A stretch of 64,000 nt of DNA from contig OZ244999.1 in NCBI GenBank assembly GCA_965223265.1, positions 6,304,001 to 6,368,000 on the forward strand. Direction: 5' to 3'. The notes beneath the pieces are model-generated. The model was not told the origin of the DNA and searched no databases. It saw nothing but the letters and a program-made list of their open reading frames with translations. Shown piece after piece: positions 12,495 through 20,836 of this stretch. This stretch comes from Planctomycetota bacterium (GTDB taxonomy: Bacteria > Planctomycetota > UBA8108 > SXIK01). A program made the translations under genes and the position numbers. How positions within the stretch are numbered: the first letter of the stretch is position 1; each line of letters starts with the position of its first letter.

Positions 12495-12540
12495 GCTGTC
12501 TTTGTCTCTGCGTGCCGCACGCGCCCACGCCAGTCTTCAC

Positions 12541-12581
12541 AAAAAAAACGAGCCTGCCCAGGAGGCCGGGGCAGGCTCGTT
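12541..12581 (-). terminator. Rho-independent terminator of the actin-like operon
   Basis: Minus strand has an ACGAGCCTGCCC / GGGCAGGCTCGT stem followed by a T8 run. Confidence 0.88.
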
Positions 12582-12616
12582 CAAAAGACCTTTGACGAGT
12601 TGAGTGAACTCAGCTG

Positions 12617-13690
12617 CTACACGTCCGACAGCGCGGCGACCAAGCAGCCTTTGGCGACGCTGAAGAGAGGATCTTCCGCGCGCCGAATATTCTTCACCTC
12701 GATCGGGAAATTGATCGATTCAAACTCATCTTGGAAGATATCAATGAAGCCACCGATCATCGACGTACCACCGGCACACACGATTTCGATCGGTTCGGGG
12801 AAGGATGGCATCCCTTCCGCCGACTCGAAACGCGCCTTGATCGCTTCAAGCGCGTAGGAGATCAGGTTGCGATAGTAGATCTCCACCGCTTCTTCCTCGC
12901 GGTTCCGCGGACTCAAGAGATTGACTCCGCGCTCTTTGATCGCCGTCGCTCGGCTTGCCTTGATGCCGAGAACCGTCGACACGTTGCGGTCGATCCAGTC
13001 GCCGCCGCGGCTGGTCGAAAACGCCAGGGCGGGAATCGACTTGTAGGCGACGCAGATGTTGAACATACCGCCACCGCAAGAAATCCCGATGCCCGTGAAG
13101 TCATCTTCGGCGAGCTCGGAGAAGACCACAGCGTGCCCTTCGAGAAGAGGCTTCGGGCCGTAGCCGAGTTTCTTCAGCATGCTACCGAAGACACCCTTGT
13201 GATAGACAACGTTGAACTCCGCGTCGATCGGATCGGCAGGCACGGAGTAGTAGACGTTTTCCTTCGGGTAGTTCGGTTCACCGAGAAGATTCGCAAGGAG
13301 AATCTTTTCGATGGGCATGGCGTCGTTTTCGTTGGGGCTGATCACACCATCCTTCATAGGACGGCGAGTTTCCTTATTGAGGATGTTCGCCAGCTCGAAA
13401 GCTGGATCGCCGACAACGATCATGCGTCCGTCGATCACGACGTACTGCACGTTGAGCTTCGTCAGCATGTTCCGGGTGTAATCATCGGCATTGACCTCGA
13501 TGAACGCATTGCGTTGAATCTTGATCGTGACGTTGCCGCTGTTGTCCTGGATGCTACTGACGAGATTCGCCGTACCGACGTCAAGCCCTCGACCCGGTGC
13601 GAACTTACTCGCTCCTGCAGCCGGTGCAGCTGCGGCGGCTGTGGCGCCGGTTCCGACGTCCATGGCGCTCCCTTCACTGCTTTCCACCAT
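12617..13690 (-). CDS. Actin-like ATPase, volactin-like family
   Basis: Phosphate-1 GLDVGTAN, phosphate-2 GISCGGGMFNIC, adenosine IVCAGGTSMIGGF, connect-2 EDPLFSVAKG. Family segments ANILNKETRRPMKDGVIS, YYSVPADPID and SRGGDWID. ATG at 13690 overlaps the upstream TGA, with an AGGAGG RBS. Confidence 0.85.
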   Translation of the reverse strand: MVESSEGSAMDVGTGATAAAAAPAAGASKFAPGRGLDVGTANLVSSIQDNSGNVTIKIQRNAFIEVNADDYTRNMLTKLNVQYVVIDGRMIVVGDPAFELANILNKETRRPMKDGVISPNENDAMPIEKILLANLLGEPNYPKENVYYSVPADPIDAEFNVVYHKGVFGSMLKKLGYGPKPLLEGHAVVFSELAEDDFTGIGISCGGGMFNICVAYKSIPALAFSTSRGGDWIDRNVSTVLGIKASRATAIKERGVNLLSPRNREEEAVEIYYRNLISYALEAIKARFESAEGMPSFPEPIEIVCAGGTSMIGGFIDIFQDEFESINFPIEVKNIRRAEDPLFSVAKGCLVAALSDV

Positions 13691-14643
13691 CACTCTCCTC
13701 CTTTTTGAAGCTCTTTCAACTTGTCGAGAGCACCTTTAACGTCTCCCGCGGTCTTTTGTTTCACATTCACTGAGCTGAGATTGGTCTCCAGCTTCGAACT
13801 CTGATTGAGCAGAAAATCCAAACTAACCTCGTCCATTTCGACGGGCGCAGGGCCGCGGCCACCACCACCGCCGCCGCCAGCCGGAAGATTCTCAATTTTC
13901 TCAGAAAGAGAATTGAGCGCCTTCAGGATGTCGCCGTCGGCAGCGCGTTGCCCACTCGCCTTCTGCATCTGCGAACCGAGCGCAGCGAGAAGCTGAGCCA
14001 CGGCCGCATCTTGTTGCGGCGGCTGCGGCACCGCAGCGGCCTGTGCCTCAGCGCGCAAGTTGGTCAGTTCCGCCTGTAGCCGTCCGTTTTCGGCCTCGAG
14101 CTCGACGGCACGCTCACGAGCGTTCGTTTCGCCGGCGGCGGTCGAGCGCAGCTGCGCAAGCTCGGCTTTCAGTCGTCCGTTCTCAGCCTCAAGTGCTGCA
14201 TTCTGCGTCGAGAGTTGCTCTTTTTCACTTTGCGAGGCGCCGGCCTGAGCTTCGAGCCCCTTGAGCTTCTGAAGCGCCTGGTCGCGCTCCGCCTGTGTTT
14301 CGATCATCGATTGCAGGCGCTGACGAAGGCCGTCGGCCTCCCCCGAGAGCTTCTCGTTGACCTGCATGAGTTGTTGGATTTTCTGTTGCCCCGCTGTCTG
14401 AGCCTGCTGCGCGATCTGATCGACCCGCGCCTGGGCCTCTTCGATGATGCGCTTACGCTCCTTGCTCGTGATCTCTTCAGCACGCTGCGCGAGCACTTCG
14501 TCGACAGTCTGAGCGATCAGTCGCGTGATTGTCTGTTGATTGACAACTTTGACCTGCTTGACCCCCTTTTTTGTGAGGGAGTCGAGGCTGACCTCGCACG
14601 TGCTTCCCCGGATGACTTTTTTTATGTCAATGGAATTCGTCAT
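13690..14643 (-). CDS. Coiled-coil protein, translationally coupled to the actin-like gene
   Basis: Long Q/E/A-rich heptad region with a repeated LEAENGRL(K/Q)AEL, a poly-Gly linker and an amphipathic C-terminal helix. ATG at 14643. Confidence 0.8.
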   Translation of the reverse strand: MTNSIDIKKVIRGSTCEVSLDSLTKKGVKQVKVVNQQTITRLIAQTVDEVLAQRAEEITSKERKRIIEEAQARVDQIAQQAQTAGQQKIQQLMQVNEKLSGEADGLRQRLQSMIETQAERDQALQKLKGLEAQAGASQSEKEQLSTQNAALEAENGRLKAELAQLRSTAAGETNARERAVELEAENGRLQAELTNLRAEAQAAAVPQPPQQDAAVAQLLAALGSQMQKASGQRAADGDILKALNSLSEKIENLPAGGGGGGGRGPAPVEMDEVSLDFLLNQSSKLETNLSSVNVKQKTAGDVKGALDKLKELQKGGE

Positions 14644-14748
14644 AAGAAGCCTTTTCAGTCTTCGCGGAAAAACACTCTTTGAGTTGGTCGTGGTTGGGTA
14701 CTCCTCGCGAGCTGCAACAGGGAGAACTGCCCAGCGAAGAGTCGCTGA

Positions 14749-14778
14749 AGCATAGCATCGGGTTTTCGGCAGCGTCAA
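14749..14778 (-). promoter_or_regulatory. Sigma-70 promoter of the coiled-coil/actin operon
   Basis: Minus strand TTGACG-N18-TATGCT with an extended -10 TG, about 105 bp upstream of the ATG at 14643. Confidence 0.6.
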
Positions 14779-15008
14779 ACTGGCCGCAAGTGCTGCTGTA
14801 GGCGCATCATCTCAACGATGTGGAACGCGCGGCTGGCGACTCGAGCTCCCATGCATCGACCCGGAGGGGTCTCCACACAGTCCGATAACTGCAGCCCGAA
14901 CGCCCGCGCGCATGCGAACCTGTTGCGAGGCGTGCGTGCGGCGTTCGAGTCGAGCGCAGCGTCGTATCTCTGCGCTGTGAGAGAGTCTCAGAGGCGGACG
15001 CGCCCCTC

Positions 15009-15749
15009 TCAGTTTCCAGGTTGACCGCTAGATCGCTCGCGGCGCAACTCTTCTTCAAGAAGATCCTCGTCCTGCTGGATGATCTTGCGCTGCCATTCAC
15101 GCCGAACTTTGGCAAGGTTCGCGCGACCAGTTTCGGAAATCCGCGCGGCGGCAGCCTGCTCGGTCAGATCGAGATACTGAAGCGCGCTCCGGTAATCTTC
15201 CAAGTTCGCGTAGTTATCCGCAACAGAAGCGTAGTGCTCGAACTGATCGCTGCCTTGTGGACTGTGATTGAAATAGATCAGGAAAAAGCGGTTCGACCGC
15301 GTGTAATACTCGCGGAACGCTCGGCGGTGCTCCTCCTTCTCGGACGGGGGACCCAAGAGGAAGTCCACTCGGTGGAAATTGCCCAGACGTCTGAGCGCTA
15401 GCGCGTAGCGCAGATAACAAACAGGGCAAGAATCTGGACGCGCTACCTTGGTCGTCTCCTCTTCGTACGACGCATACTCCTCCAAAGCGGCGAGTCCTGC
15501 CCGTCGCGCCCGATTGTCACGTTCTTCTTCGCTGAGCGCTCGCCAATCGCCGTTGGGATCGGAGGGGGTCCCAGCTTGTTGGAACCGATCATAGGCGTCC
15601 GCCGCTTTCTCACGCATTTCACGAATATACCGGGCCGTCTCCATCGGACCTTCGGGACGGTCCGGCTTCGACTTACATCCCAAGATGCCCAGCGCAGAAA
15701 CGGTCAAGACGACAAAACAACGAGACGGTACGGCTATGACTTGCTTCAT
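15009..15749 (-). CDS. Hypothetical lipoprotein (helical, TPR-like)
   Basis: Signal peptide ending in lipobox ILGC; helical body with a CPVC motif. ATG at 15749; alternative TTG at 15755. Confidence 0.65.
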   Translation of the reverse strand: MKQVIAVPSRCFVVLTVSALGILGCKSKPDRPEGPMETARYIREMREKAADAYDRFQQAGTPSDPNGDWRALSEEERDNRARRAGLAALEEYASYEEETTKVARPDSCPVCYLRYALALRRLGNFHRVDFLLGPPSEKEEHRRAFREYYTRSNRFFLIYFNHSPQGSDQFEHYASVADNYANLEDYRSALQYLDLTEQAAAARISETGRANLAKVRREWQRKIIQQDEDLLEEELRRERSSGQPGN

Positions 15750-15934
15750 CTGCAACCTTCGGCTGAAGTGCCAGCGGGGGTCTACGGCCAGAACGCTGAG
15801 GCTGCGCAGGTGGCCGGCGATCGGGCGGAGCGACGGGAATCGCTCCCGATGTAGAAAGACGGTAATCTACACCTTAACGTTAGCACGAGCCGGGGCTGGG
15901 GTCAATGCGGCGGAGGCGCCCATTCAGCGTCGAA

Positions 15935-17491
15935 CTACCGAGCGACGGGTGCATCTGTGAGCCGCTGCAAGCGCACCATCTCGAAGCGTAGACGGATCGT
16001 TTTGTGCTGAGCCAGCAGCACGAGTCCCGGAGCCGCCCCCTTCGGTTTACGGACATACTTAGCTGCGGTGTAATCGACGTCGAACCCTGCTCCGTCTTGC
16101 AGCTGCGACCTCGCTCGCGAGGTGGAGCTAAAGTAGACCGCCAAAGTTGCCGCATCGAGTAGCGTCTCCTGCGGCATCACCTGCCCCTTTTGCAGCCTCA
16201 CGATCACATGCGCTCCCGGGCGGCCGCTCACATGCAGAAACATGTCGTTGCCGCGAGCGATGCGCGTTGAGAGTTCGTCGTTCGATCTCTGGTTGCGTCC
16301 GACCAGGATCTCAAGTTGGTCCGCTGAGACGAATCGTTTCGGACCAGCAACCGCAGCCTCCTGGCTTTTCCCGGTACCGCGGTGGCGCGGCGGTCTACAA
16401 AGAGATTCCAGACGCGATCTCAGTGAATCCAGCGCCGCCGTGCTCGCAGCGTCCTCAAGCTCCGCAGCCAGGCCCCGGAGCTCGGCCTGCTCTGCTTCCA
16501 GTTTGCCGAGCCTCTCGAGGATGATCGGTAGCCCACGCTTCGACTTTCGGTAGCGCTTGAAATAGCGCTCAAGGTTCTGCTGCGGCGTCAGCGTTGGGTC
16601 AAGCGGAACGCGCACCGTCGCCACGCCATCGACCGAGTAGTCGGGCAAGTCAACGAAGTCTACGCCGCGCTTGATCTTGCCGACAAACGGCTTGAGCAGC
16701 TCACCAAAACGCCGGGCTTCCTCGCCAGCCTGAGCGCGATCGCGATCGGTGCGCACCTTCGTCAACAGGCGCTCGCGGCGCTTGCGCTCCTTCTTCAGGC
16801 GCCGACTGATCACAAGTCGCTCAGCAGCGAGAAGAACAGGCGCGGCGACACGCTCGAATCGCCTCATCACCGCAGCGTGGTGTGGCGGCAAGCCCGCATC
16901 CGGCGTCGGCACCGACGCGGTCACGTTCACGTCCGGGCGCGTCGGCTCGGCACTAGCAGCCCCGCCGTCCGCCTCGGAGTGCGGCCCCGCCGCGCTTGGA
17001 CTCGCGGAACCAGACATCATGTCTTTCGACGTCAGCTCGACGGCCGGGCTTGGCGTCGCACTCGAGGTGAGCGCATGCAGGACCTCGCCGGTCGCCGACA
17101 GACAAGAAAGCTGCGGCTTGCGCCCGATCGACCGCAGCTCCAAGACGACCTCAGCCCTCCCTTCTCCGGGAGGCGAGACAGCGAGCCTCATAGCGCGACC
17201 GCCCTCCGCCGCCGCAACGCCAAGGACATGTCCCCCTTTGAGTTGTCGCCGCAGCGCGAGACAGAAGGTTGACGGCTCGGAGGAGGCACGCGGTCGCACC
17301 GCGATCAGATGAAAACGCGTCAGGTCAGGGTGTACCGAGAAGAGGAGAAAGCGCTTGCCCGTATCCCGTCCGTAGAAAGAGAGAATGACCTCATCGTCGC
17401 CGCTTTGGTGAACATGGTCGACCCGGGCGCCGATCAGAAACGGGCGGCACTCTCGGACCAAGGTTTCGGTTTCGTCTGCGCGCAGGGCCAT
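15935..17491 (-). CDS. NFACT/RqcH (Rqc2/FbpA) family protein
   Basis: NFACT-N segment (FCLALRRQLKG), LDPTLTPQQNLERYFKRYRK, and NFACT-R motifs ILVGRNQRSND, LHVSGRPGAHVIV, YVRKPKGAAPGLV. Likely ATG at 17491. Confidence 0.88.
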   Translation of the reverse strand: MALRADETETLVRECRPFLIGARVDHVHQSGDDEVILSFYGRDTGKRFLLFSVHPDLTRFHLIAVRPRASSEPSTFCLALRRQLKGGHVLGVAAAEGGRAMRLAVSPPGEGRAEVVLELRSIGRKPQLSCLSATGEVLHALTSSATPSPAVELTSKDMMSGSASPSAAGPHSEADGGAASAEPTRPDVNVTASVPTPDAGLPPHHAAVMRRFERVAAPVLLAAERLVISRRLKKERKRRERLLTKVRTDRDRAQAGEEARRFGELLKPFVGKIKRGVDFVDLPDYSVDGVATVRVPLDPTLTPQQNLERYFKRYRKSKRGLPIILERLGKLEAEQAELRGLAAELEDAASTAALDSLRSRLESLCRPPRHRGTGKSQEAAVAGPKRFVSADQLEILVGRNQRSNDELSTRIARGNDMFLHVSGRPGAHVIVRLQKGQVMPQETLLDAATLAVYFSSTSRARSQLQDGAGFDVDYTAAKYVRKPKGAAPGLVLLAQHKTIRLRFEMVRLQRLTDAPVAR

Positions 17492-17593
17492 GACGAAGAT
17501 TCTGCGTGGTAACCCTCGCGCCGCAAGGCTGAAGTACAAACCCCATGTCACGGCCCGCAGCGCCCTCGCCGTGCGCCACTGGCGGACTGAGGT

Positions 17594-18049
17594 CTACGGC
17601 GTGCGTGACCAACGTCCGTCGGAGTGCGGAAACTCGAGGACCTCGGACGGGTCGAAGAAGATGTTGATCTCGCGCTCGGCAGCCTCCGGCGCATCAGATC
17701 CATGTACCAGGTTGAATTGCCCGGAGATGCCAAAATCTCCGCGGATGGTCCCGGGATCAGCCTCGGCGCAGTTGGTTTTCCCCATCAACCGGCGAGCAAT
17801 CGCGATGGCGTTCTCTCCACTCAGAACCAACAAAACGACCGGACTGCCAGTCATGAACGCAACCAGGTCCTTGTAGAAGTGCCGTTCACGATGTGCCGCG
17901 TAGTGCTCGGCTGCCTGTTCAGGGGAGATCATGCCGAGCTTCATGGCTGCGATCTGCAGGCCCTTGGATTCGAACCTGGAGAGGATAGTGCCGACGAGGT
18001 GGCGGTCAACGGCATCCGGTTTCAAGATAATCAGCGTTCGTTCGGTCAT
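17594..18049 (-). CDS. ndk: Nucleoside-diphosphate kinase
   Basis: ERTLIILKPDAV, PGTIRGDFG and NLVHGSD (catalytic His). ATG at 18049. Confidence 0.97.
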   Translation of the reverse strand: MTERTLIILKPDAVDRHLVGTILSRFESKGLQIAAMKLGMISPEQAAEHYAAHRERHFYKDLVAFMTGSPVVLLVLSGENAIAIARRLMGKTNCAEADPGTIRGDFGISGQFNLVHGSDAPEAAEREINIFFDPSEVLEFPHSDGRWSRTP

Positions 18050-18335
18050 AGGTGTGCTCTTTTCAGCGTCATGGATTCTAGCGATGCCGCGCCCGAAGCG
18101 ATGAGGGTCGACGGCCAAGCGGCGAGGTCACGTCAAAGATCGCTCGGGCCTCCACCAATCTTTTCGACGTTAGCGGTCCAAGACTTTAGCGGTCCTCGCA
18201 CTCGGTCTACGCGAGGCGAAAGTTGTCGGCAAAGTGGCGGGGACCTCACCCGCTCACCTGGTCGTCGTCACGAAGGTCATTCCGTGATCACGTACTCAGC
18301 CGTGACCATCGCGCCGCAGCTGTCGATCCCGATAA

Positions 18336-18495
18336 CAGCCCGTTGAAAAAGTGCTTCGAGCCGAAAACTGGTCTCTTCGCGTCTAGGTCGGCCGCGGCAA
18401 ACGCAGGCAATCTTCGGGATTTTCGAGTATTGACGCGGTCGAGCTGGGCGTGAAGAGGCCAGTTTTCTCGGCCGAATGACTTTTTCAACGGGCTG
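18336..18495. mobile_element. 160-bp MITE/hairpin repeat family B, intact copy
   Basis: Perfect 17-bp TIR CAGCCCGTTGAAAAAGT / ACTTTTTCAACGGGCTG. ATAA duplicated at 18332-18335 and 18496-18499. The interior is self-complementary. Confidence 0.9.
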
Positions 18496-18784
18496 ATAAG
18501 ACAAAACCGACTCGGTTGGAATCGGTTCACCGACGACCGGATACGCTGGCGGTCATGCGGTGGTAATCCAACTCTTTAATCTATAGCCGCCCGCGGGCCG
18601 AAACAAGGTACAGGGAGTGGTCACTCTGAAGCGATTCCGAACGATTCAATACGCTAAGAGTCGCTGCTCTGTTGAACGTCAGAACTCAATCCACTGACCG
18701 TCGATACCAGGAACACGACTCAACGCCGACAAAAAGAGTGGCGAGCAGTGCGCCTCGCGCGCAATTTCCCGCCACCACTTTTGT

Positions 18785-20557
18785 GTGAGCATTGGGGAGA
18801 GCCGCAAGTTTCGGATTCGGAGACTAGACTTGGATCACCAAAAGGTGGAACAGACCACGGCCCTGATCGAGTCAGACGCCGAACTGGCCGAGTGCTGGAG
18901 TGGTGAGACCGAAGACAAATCCGCCGACACGTTCGTGAACTGCGCCGTCGACGCCATGGAGCTCTTGAGCGACGCAGAGCGTCACCCGGTCGAGAGCTGC
19001 GAGGACGAGGACTCTCGGCTCAACAAAGCGGCGATCGACATTCTAGGACGCCTTATAACGCTCTTCGCGGCGGAACGTGGCTTTGCGTTTCGCATCGAAC
19101 GCGACACCACCGGCCAGGAATCGCAGCTCAAAACCGTACCTTGGATCACCGCGGACCTCGACGGCGAAGAAGTGCAGCACCCTGAAAGAAAAGCGCCGAT
19201 GGATGCGGTGCGAAGTGTCGCCGAATCGGGCATCCCGGCACGGGCACCGATCGAGCATTCTAACGGCACGACGCTTCCCGGAGATGAGTCGCATCAGTCC
19301 ATCTTGCTACCACTCAAGATCCGCAGCGCCGTCTGCTGCGTGCTATTTCTGGAGAATCGCTTCCGCCCGATGTCACTGTCGCGCTCGAACATCCTCACGG
19401 CGAGGTTCTACGCTCACGTTCTGGAATCGTTCGTATGGACGCACGAGCTCCGAAAGGAGAATCGGTCGCTGTGGAACGATGTCTCTCTCCTGCGCGAAAC
19501 GCCACCGAGTCAGGTCCAGACACTTGCGCTCGCCTCCTCGTCCTCGGCACACGGAAAACGGCGCCAGAAAAACGCGCAGCGAAGCGACCTCAGGGGCGAC
19601 TACTCCATGATCGTCGGCAACAGCCCTCGCATGATGGAAATCTTTCAGGTGCTCGATCGGGTCTCGAGCTCCAATGCCCCAGTTCTGATCAACGGGGAGA
19701 GCGGAACCGGAAAAGAACTGGTCGCGAACGCGATCCACACCAATAGTGGTCGCAACGATCGCCCTTTCGTGTCGGAGAACTGCGGAGCGCTCACCGAGAC
19801 ACTCTTGGAGAGCGAGCTGTTCGGCTACATGAAGGGTGCGTTCACTGGCGCGACGAAGGATCGAAAGGGTCTCTTCGAGCTCGCCGCCGGAGGCACGCTA
19901 TTCCTCGACGAGGTCGGTGACATGAGCCCGACCATGCAGAAGAAGCTGTTGCGCGTGCTGCAGGAAAAAGTGGTGCGCCGAGTCGGAGGTAAAGAACTCA
20001 TTCCGGTCGACGTTCGTATCATTTCGGCGACCAACAAAGACCTCCAGGAGGAAGTCCGAGCCGGCGCATTTCGAGAAGACCTCTACTACCGGCTCAACGT
20101 GATCAATTTGAAGCTGCCTCCCTTACGTGAACGCAAGGACGACGTGGAGGAGATCGTTCACTTCTTTCTCAAGGGCCTCGCTGCCGACAACGACGTCGAG
20201 AAAAAGATCGAGCCCGCCGCGATGACCTATTTGACCGAGTACGACTGGCCGGGGAACATTCGCGAACTACAGAACGAGGTGAAACGCCTCTACGCTTTGG
20301 CGGACGGTGACATCCGCGTCGCAGACCTCTCCGAGAATGTCCTGCGCGGCGATGACCGTCGTCCGGAGATGCAAAACCTCGAGCGCGATCTTGCAAATAT
20401 GACACTCAAGGAAGCCGTCGAGAGAGTTGAGGAGTTCCTCATCCGAAACGCTCTCATCGAGTGTCGCGGCAACAAGAGCCTCGTCGCAAAGAAACTCAGC
20501 GTCCCCAAGACAAGCCTGTACAACAAGATCAGCCGCTATCAGCTGGGCCGCCTGTGA
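18785..20557 (+). CDS. Sigma-54-dependent enhancer-binding protein (GAF-AAA+-HTH)
   Basis: GAF-like SILLPLKIRSAVCCVLFLEN, GESGTGKE, GAFTGA, FLDEVGD, WPGNIREL and an HTH. Start uncertain. Confidence 0.92.
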   Translation: MSIGESRKFRIRRLDLDHQKVEQTTALIESDAELAECWSGETEDKSADTFVNCAVDAMELLSDAERHPVESCEDEDSRLNKAAIDILGRLITLFAAERGFAFRIERDTTGQESQLKTVPWITADLDGEEVQHPERKAPMDAVRSVAESGIPARAPIEHSNGTTLPGDESHQSILLPLKIRSAVCCVLFLENRFRPMSLSRSNILTARFYAHVLESFVWTHELRKENRSLWNDVSLLRETPPSQVQTLALASSSSAHGKRRQKNAQRSDLRGDYSMIVGNSPRMMEIFQVLDRVSSSNAPVLINGESGTGKELVANAIHTNSGRNDRPFVSENCGALTETLLESELFGYMKGAFTGATKDRKGLFELAAGGTLFLDEVGDMSPTMQKKLLRVLQEKVVRRVGGKELIPVDVRIISATNKDLQEEVRAGAFREDLYYRLNVINLKLPPLRERKDDVEEIVHFFLKGLAADNDVEKKIEPAAMTYLTEYDWPGNIRELQNEVKRLYALADGDIRVADLSENVLRGDDRRPEMQNLERDLANMTLKEAVERVEEFLIRNALIECRGNKSLVAKKLSVPKTSLYNKISRYQLGRL

Positions 20558-20836
20558 CCTTGAGGCGCGAGCGGCGCGGACCTGGCTTCCAGCCAGTGTC
20601 ACATTCTTGACACAACTCATTGGGAACCGAGCACGCCACCCCGTATGCTCAGACGGGGGATGGTGGTGTTCACCCGCATTCGGCCCAGCCCGACTTCACG
20701 CCGCTTGAGGGGGAAAACATCCCCCTAGCAGCTTCAGCAAGCCCAGCGACACGCGTGGCCCGACGACCGCGGCGACGGAAATCAGAACCGAAGTGGTGAC
20801 CCCCTGTCGCTCTCGAGGTTTCCCGAGGTTCGATCG

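Noticed and set aside
11903-12603. ORFs encoding HA, PT/QT, RL/RG or VC/VG dipeptide repeats
   Set aside because: The stop-free hexamer array opens reading frames on both strands. They have no RBS and conflict with neighbouring genes and the terminator.
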